Below, piece by piece: positions 60,043 to 64,000 of a stretch of DNA of 64,000 nucleotides. Under the pieces are notes generated by a model. That model made no database searches. It had not been told where the DNA came from and worked only from the letters and a program-made list of their open reading frames with translations. The DNA is from Thermoproteota archaeon. GTDB lineage: Archaea; Thermoproteota; Thermoprotei_A; Sulfolobales; Ignisphaeraceae. Location: positions 64,001 to 128,000 of the forward strand of contig JAUQPB010000001.1 in the NCBI GenBank assembly GCA_030550585.1, written 5' to 3'. The stretch's first letter is position 1; each line of letters starts with the position of its first letter. Both the position numbers and the translations under genes were made by a program.

Positions 60043-60363
60043 CTACACCCTCTGCATAGCCCTGAAAACAGCAATATGATTAACGCTCACCTCAACACCG
60101 AGATCCCTACCCTTTGCAATAAGCTCTTCTCTAAGCTTAGGCAAGTCGATTCTACCTGTAGACAAATCGACGATCATTATCATGCTGAAAATTCCTCTAA
60201 CAACTGTCTGGGAAATGTCAACAATATTCACATTGTATTTTGCTAGAACAGATGTTATGCCAGCTACAATACCAGGTTTGTCAGCACCGATAACTGTTAT
60301 AACGGCTAGGCTCTCATCTGAAGCTCTATCAAGATCGCTATGCAGCATGGCTTCTCGTACCAC
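60043..60363 (-). CDS. ACT-domain protein (UPF0237), start may be ATG 60348
   Basis: AVITVIGADKPGIVA, NIVDISQTV and FRAMQRV motifs. Usual partner of UPF0210. Confidence 0.9.
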   Translation of the reverse strand: MVREAMLHSDLDRASDESLAVITVIGADKPGIVAGITSVLAKYNVNIVDISQTVVRGIFSMIMIVDLSTGRIDLPKLREELIAKGRDLGVEVSVNHIAVFRAMQRV

Positions 60364-60441
60364 AGCGAATATTAGTTACATAGTAATGCATAAAAATATT
60401 ACTGAATCTAGAATCAGGTTCCAGAAGAAGCGCATTTCAGA

Positions 60442-60498
60442 AAATGTGATGAGCTCAGGCGACTCTGAATAGTGATGTGGTCAGCCTTGGCTGAACCA
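60442..60498 (+). ncRNA. Box C/D 2'-O-methylation guide sRNA
   Basis: C GTGATGA 60446-52, 12-nt guide, D' CTGA 60465-68, C' GTGATGT 60472-78, 12-nt guide, D CTGA 60491-94, intergenic. Confidence 0.88.
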
Positions 60499-60522
60499 AC
60501 TTGGCACAACAACCACTTTTAA

Positions 60523-60942
60523 TTGCTGCCAGCAAGCAACATTTTTGTGGTGGTTTTCGTGGATTTGAAGATGTATAGACTAACATTTGAGAGCAAAGGC
60601 TATGAGGCACAGGATATAACAGCACATATAGCTAATGTTATTAGGGAGAGTGGTCTTGTAAATGGAATAGCAGTTCTATATACCAATGAGAGGGGCTGTA
60701 GCGTTACTGAAATAGAGTATGAGCCTGAACTACTCGCAGACCTCGAACAGCTTCTTCATAGAGTTGGATGTGTAGACAAGTCGCTTTGCAATGTGATAAT
60801 AGGGAAAAATGTCTTTGTACCTGTTGTAAAAGGATCCATGTTTCTAGGCCAGTTCAAGAGAATAGTATTTGTAGATATATCCAGAATCGAGGGAAGCAAG
60901 TCTGTGGTGCTTGTCCTTGAAGGTGTATTCAAAGGTAATTGA
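60523..60942 (+). CDS. YjbQ/UPF0047-like protein, divergent (start likely 60559-60571)
   Basis: DIT..I..VIRESGL.NG, EYEPELLADL and LGQFKRIVF.D motifs. Confidence 0.7.
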   Translation: MLPASNIFVVVFVDLKMYRLTFESKGYEAQDITAHIANVIRESGLVNGIAVLYTNERGCSVTEIEYEPELLADLEQLLHRVGCVDKSLCNVIIGKNVFVPVVKGSMFLGQFKRIVFVDISRIEGSKSVVLVLEGVFKGN

Positions 60943-61312
60943 AGTAAAAACCTACGGGCCAATGGTGCTACACAACATTACTGATATTGTAACAGACTGT
61001 ATCAAAGAAAGTGGCGTCAAAAACGGTTTGATATGGATCTCAGTTGAAGGGGCAACACCAGCCATTGTAGTCCTTGAGGTTGGCAAGGAAGAGGCGTTCT
61101 TGAATTTCATAACAAGGCTAATACCATTTGAAGGTTGGAGACATGGAAATGCATATGCACATCTAATCTCAACAATTCTATCGACAAATGCTGTTATCCC
61201 AGTTGAAAACGGGGCTATTATGCTGCGCAACGATGAGAGGATATATTTGCTGGAGACGAGATCTGTTTACAACCATGTGAGGAGAATAGCTGTGGAAATT
61301 CATGGTATCTAA
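60911..61312 (+). CDS. YjbQ/UPF0047-like protein
   Basis: NIT..V...IKESGVKNG, W.HGNAYAHL.S and IPV.NG motifs. Confidence 0.75.
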   Translation: MSLKVYSKVIEVKTYGPMVLHNITDIVTDCIKESGVKNGLIWISVEGATPAIVVLEVGKEEAFLNFITRLIPFEGWRHGNAYAHLISTILSTNAVIPVENGAIMLRNDERIYLLETRSVYNHVRRIAVEIHGI

Positions 61313-61314
61313 AC

Positions 61315-61968
61315 TTGATAAGATCCTTTGTCATAGCCTTGTTTTTGAAGGCTCTCCACAGGCTTCTATGGAGAAAGAAGAGTATCAAGGGGTATGTGAT
61401 TCAAGGAGTCTTCATACCCTTCTACTTTGTCTCATCCAACGCTGTTGCAATAACGGCTAAAGTTCTCAACAATGTGACTAGCATAAAGAGTTTCTGCGAA
61501 GTTGGCAGTGGGTCTGGATACATAGCCATAGAGCTTCTTAAAGAATTTGAAAACCTGTATGCGGTGATCATAGACATTGACGAGAACGCTGCTAAGATCT
61601 CTAAAATAAATGCTAAGAAAATTGGTGTTTTCAGCAGATTGGATATAGTCCAATGCTTATCTGGCCATTGTCTAAGGAAAAAATCGTTTGATTTAGCTTT
61701 ATCCAACCCCCCATATTTGCCGTGTCCAGCATCACTATCGGTTCAACTATGTAGCGGTATTGATGAGAATGTATATATAGATATTGTGTCTCAGCTGGTT
61801 AGAGTATCAAAGAGGTTTGTCATGGTGTCTTCATCTAGTCTTGCAAAAGCGTGGAGAGCTGTTTCCAATATATTCAAAGGTGTTGTAACATTTGCTGTGA
61901 AAACTCCTTTTGACGAGGTGAAGGTCATGCTAATAGATGTTGATATGAAAAATATGCAAGATGTGTAA
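61315..61968 (+). CDS. Class I SAM methyltransferase (HemK/MTS-like)
   Basis: EVGSGSG, DID and SNPPY motifs. Confidence 0.8.
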   Translation: MIRSFVIALFLKALHRLLWRKKSIKGYVIQGVFIPFYFVSSNAVAITAKVLNNVTSIKSFCEVGSGSGYIAIELLKEFENLYAVIIDIDENAAKISKINAKKIGVFSRLDIVQCLSGHCLRKKSFDLALSNPPYLPCPASLSVQLCSGIDENVYIDIVSQLVRVSKRFVMVSSSSLAKAWRAVSNIFKGVVTFAVKTPFDEVKVMLIDVDMKNMQDV

Positions 61969-61995
61969 ACAATGTTTGCCAACAGCATGCCTATT

Positions 61996-63021
61996 TTAAA
62001 ATACTATTGTTTTTCCATAGACTGTATTCAGAACCACCTTGCCGCTTCCGTCAACAACACGACCAAGCTCATAGAATTCAAAGTTGTGTGATTTAATGAT
62101 GTTTTCAATATCATGAATATTCTCTTTAGATGCTGTTAAGATGAGTCCCACACCCATGTTAAACACTCTATACATTTCATCGACAGATATGTTGCCTAGC
62201 TCCATAATGGCTTCGAATATTTTTGGCGGTTTCGGCATGTCGAGCACCATGTTTACATTTGGTGGTGTAACCCTCTTCAGCTTTGTGAAGGCCCCTCCAG
62301 TTATGTGTGCAACGCTTGTTACAAGCCTCTGATCTATTAGATCTCGAACCAGATTCGAGTATATGGCCACTGGCTTGGCAAGTTCATCAGCTAGGTTGAT
62401 ACCGTCTATAGTGGAGCTATAGCCTATGTTTCTACTTTCCAGAACTTTTCTCACAAGGCTATAGCCATTTGCGTGAAGCCCCCAGCTCGAAACACCTATA
62501 ACAACATCACCTATATGCGTAGTGTTGCTGAAGCTACTGTCCCTTACCGCAAGCACTGTACACACAACATCAACGCCGTTTGCAAGATCTGGTAGAATCG
62601 CTGTTTCACCACCGAGAACAGCTATTCTTGCAACTCTTGCAGCATCTACAACACCCTCAACAATATCTTTGAACGTCTCCTCATCTGCTTTCGGCATAGC
62701 GATATAATCTACAACTGCGATGGGTTTGGCCCCATCGCACACAACATCATTTACATTCATAGCCACACAATCCCATCCAGCAACCCTCATCTTGCCCAGC
62801 TTCTGCAAGACAATAGTTTTTGTCCCAACACCATCAACATGCAGAGAGAGGTTTAGCCCACTGTATTTGACTGATGCTGTGTATCCCCCTATCCCACTAA
62901 CCTCGAACCCGAGCTCCTTATTGAGAGACTCTATCAATGAGAGGACAAATCTGTGCATAGACCTGTGCTTGTCTAGATCTACGCCAGCCATGCTGTAAGT
63001 CCATGAGGACATTACAACCAC
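61996..63021 (-). CDS. purM: Phosphoribosylformylglycinamidine cyclo-ligase (AIR synthase)
   Basis: TY..AGVD, DGVGTK, AMNVND, GGETA, GLHANGYSL, HITGG and FNMGVG motifs. Confidence 0.95.
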   Translation of the reverse strand: MVVMSSWTYSMAGVDLDKHRSMHRFVLSLIESLNKELGFEVSGIGGYTASVKYSGLNLSLHVDGVGTKTIVLQKLGKMRVAGWDCVAMNVNDVVCDGAKPIAVVDYIAMPKADEETFKDIVEGVVDAARVARIAVLGGETAILPDLANGVDVVCTVLAVRDSSFSNTTHIGDVVIGVSSWGLHANGYSLVRKVLESRNIGYSSTIDGINLADELAKPVAIYSNLVRDLIDQRLVTSVAHITGGAFTKLKRVTPPNVNMVLDMPKPPKIFEAIMELGNISVDEMYRVFNMGVGLILTASKENIHDIENIIKSHNFEFYELGRVVDGSGKVVLNTVYGKTIVF

Positions 63022-64000
63022 TACATGATAGCTATATGCGATGCTGCTTTTCTCGCCTTGTCCAAAGCCTCCTCAACGCTTCTCCCTCTCGCGAGCACCA
63101 CAGCCATTCTTCTATCTCTATATGTAAACGGTTTTCCAAATACCCTCACATCAACACCCTCTATCTTCATAGCCTCGTAGACACCTGCTATCCTCGGAGC
63201 CCACACATTGTCAACCTCAGCATATATGGCAATCGATGCAGCGGGCGTTAATATCCTTGGCCTCGGCACTGGAAGCCCTAGGATGGCTCTAACATGGATT
63301 GCAAACTCGCTGAGCTCTTGGCTAGCCATGGTAACCATGCCGGTATCATGTGGTCTTGGAGCCACCTCACTAAACAGTATTTTGCCGTCTTTTGTCAGGA
63401 AGATCTCTACACCAAATATTCCTAGCCCTCCAAGACCCTCTGCTACTCTAACTCCTATTTCTCTAGCCTTGTCAAGGACATTTACAGGCTTTTGTGATGG
63501 TTGCCAAGACTCTATATAGTGATATTTTCCGTATCTCCAATGCTCAACAGGTTCGCAAGTGTCTGTAACAACTCCGTTGTCTCCAACGAATCTGTATGCA
63601 AGAACAGTAAACTCTGTTTCTAGCTGGACAAACTCTTCGGCTATAACCCTTCTGCTCTTACCCCTAGAATGCCTCACAGCATATTCATAAGCTTCTCTAA
63701 CAAGCTTTGGACTGGGCTCAGAGACCTTTACATGTCCATGGCCACTGCTACTCATCTCGGGTTTTAGCAGACATGGATAGCCAACCTTGTCACAGGCTTC
63801 AACAGCTTCGTCAGGACTTTCGGCAAATGCGTATTTGGTTGTTGGAAGACCGAGCCTCTCTGCGGCGAATCTTCTAAGCTCTATTCTGTTCATAGCGATT
63901 CTAACAGCCTTGGCATTGGGGACTACGAAAAAGCCCCTGGACTCTAGATCCTCTAGAGCCTCATACGATATAGCCTCTATCTCGGGCACTATAACATCTG
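63021..64000 (-). CDS. purT: Formate-dependent phosphoribosylglycinamide formyltransferase (5' end outside the window)
   Basis: PEIEAI, MNR..LR..AAE.LGLPT, KPEMSSSGHG, SEVAPRPHDTG, FGKP and RRMAV motifs. Confidence 0.93.
   Translation of the reverse strand, partial: DVIVPEIEAISYEALEDLESRGFFVVPNAKAVRIAMNRIELRRFAAERLGLPTTKYAFAESPDEAVEACDKVGYPCLLKPEMSSSGHGHVKVSEPSPKLVREAYEYAVRHSRGKSRRVIAEEFVQLETEFTVLAYRFVGDNGVVTDTCEPVEHWRYGKYHYIESWQPSQKPVNVLDKAREIGVRVAEGLGGLGIFGVEIFLTKDGKILFSEVAPRPHDTGMVTMASQELSEFAIHVRAILGLPVPRPRILTPAASIAIYAEVDNVWAPRIAGVYEAMKIEGVDVRVFGKPFTYRDRRMAVVLARGRSVEEALDKARKAASHIAIM

Noticed and set aside
31-63519. Many 60-300 aa track ORFs antisense or out of frame to recognised genes (e.g. 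35616-36500, 41172-41741, 54857-55525, 58658-59290)
   Set aside because: Shadow ORFs of well-supported genes, with no motifs of their own.
1-64000. CRISPR array, tRNA, rRNA, integrase or intact transposase
   Set aside because: No regularly spaced repeats, cloverleaf or such protein motifs were seen by eye. A tRNAscan/CRISPR scan would be the definitive check.

Overview
Chromosomal window from a hyperthermophilic crenarchaeon. The gene set (TBP, NurA/HerA, NreA, PaREP1, HEPN/MNT, C/D-box sRNAs, archaeal Prx) points to Thermoprotei/Desulfurococcales, and an Ignisphaera-like lineage is my inference. About 60 mostly housekeeping genes are present: transport, purine, NAD, Moco and nitrogen metabolism, DNA repair, RNA modification. 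A decaying accessory island lies at about 9.8-18.2 kb. I saw no CRISPR array, tRNA, rRNA or intact transposase. Main observations: (1) the TBP gene has no in-frame ATG/GTG/TTG upstream of its conserved first repeat. (2) A wHTH-PfkB fusion is divergent from an ECF transporter, with a perfect 18-bp palindrome between them and a related site upstream of a BMP-type ABC transporter. (3) A GC-rich structured element appears to share a bidirectional TATA box with a tiny AbrB-like gene, next to an ABC/HExxH-protein module. (4) Two C/D-box sRNAs absent from the ORF track have four guides that appear to tile one short 16S rRNA segment. (5) There is a dispersed pterin/corrinoid C1 gene set (Fae, archaeal ThyA, RACo-type activator, CitG-like protein, single-barrel methionine synthase). 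(6) An intact alpha-fucosidase keeps a slippery heptamer at the site where the Saccharolobus homologue is frameshift-dependent. All product calls come from motif recognition by eye, and no database search was run.
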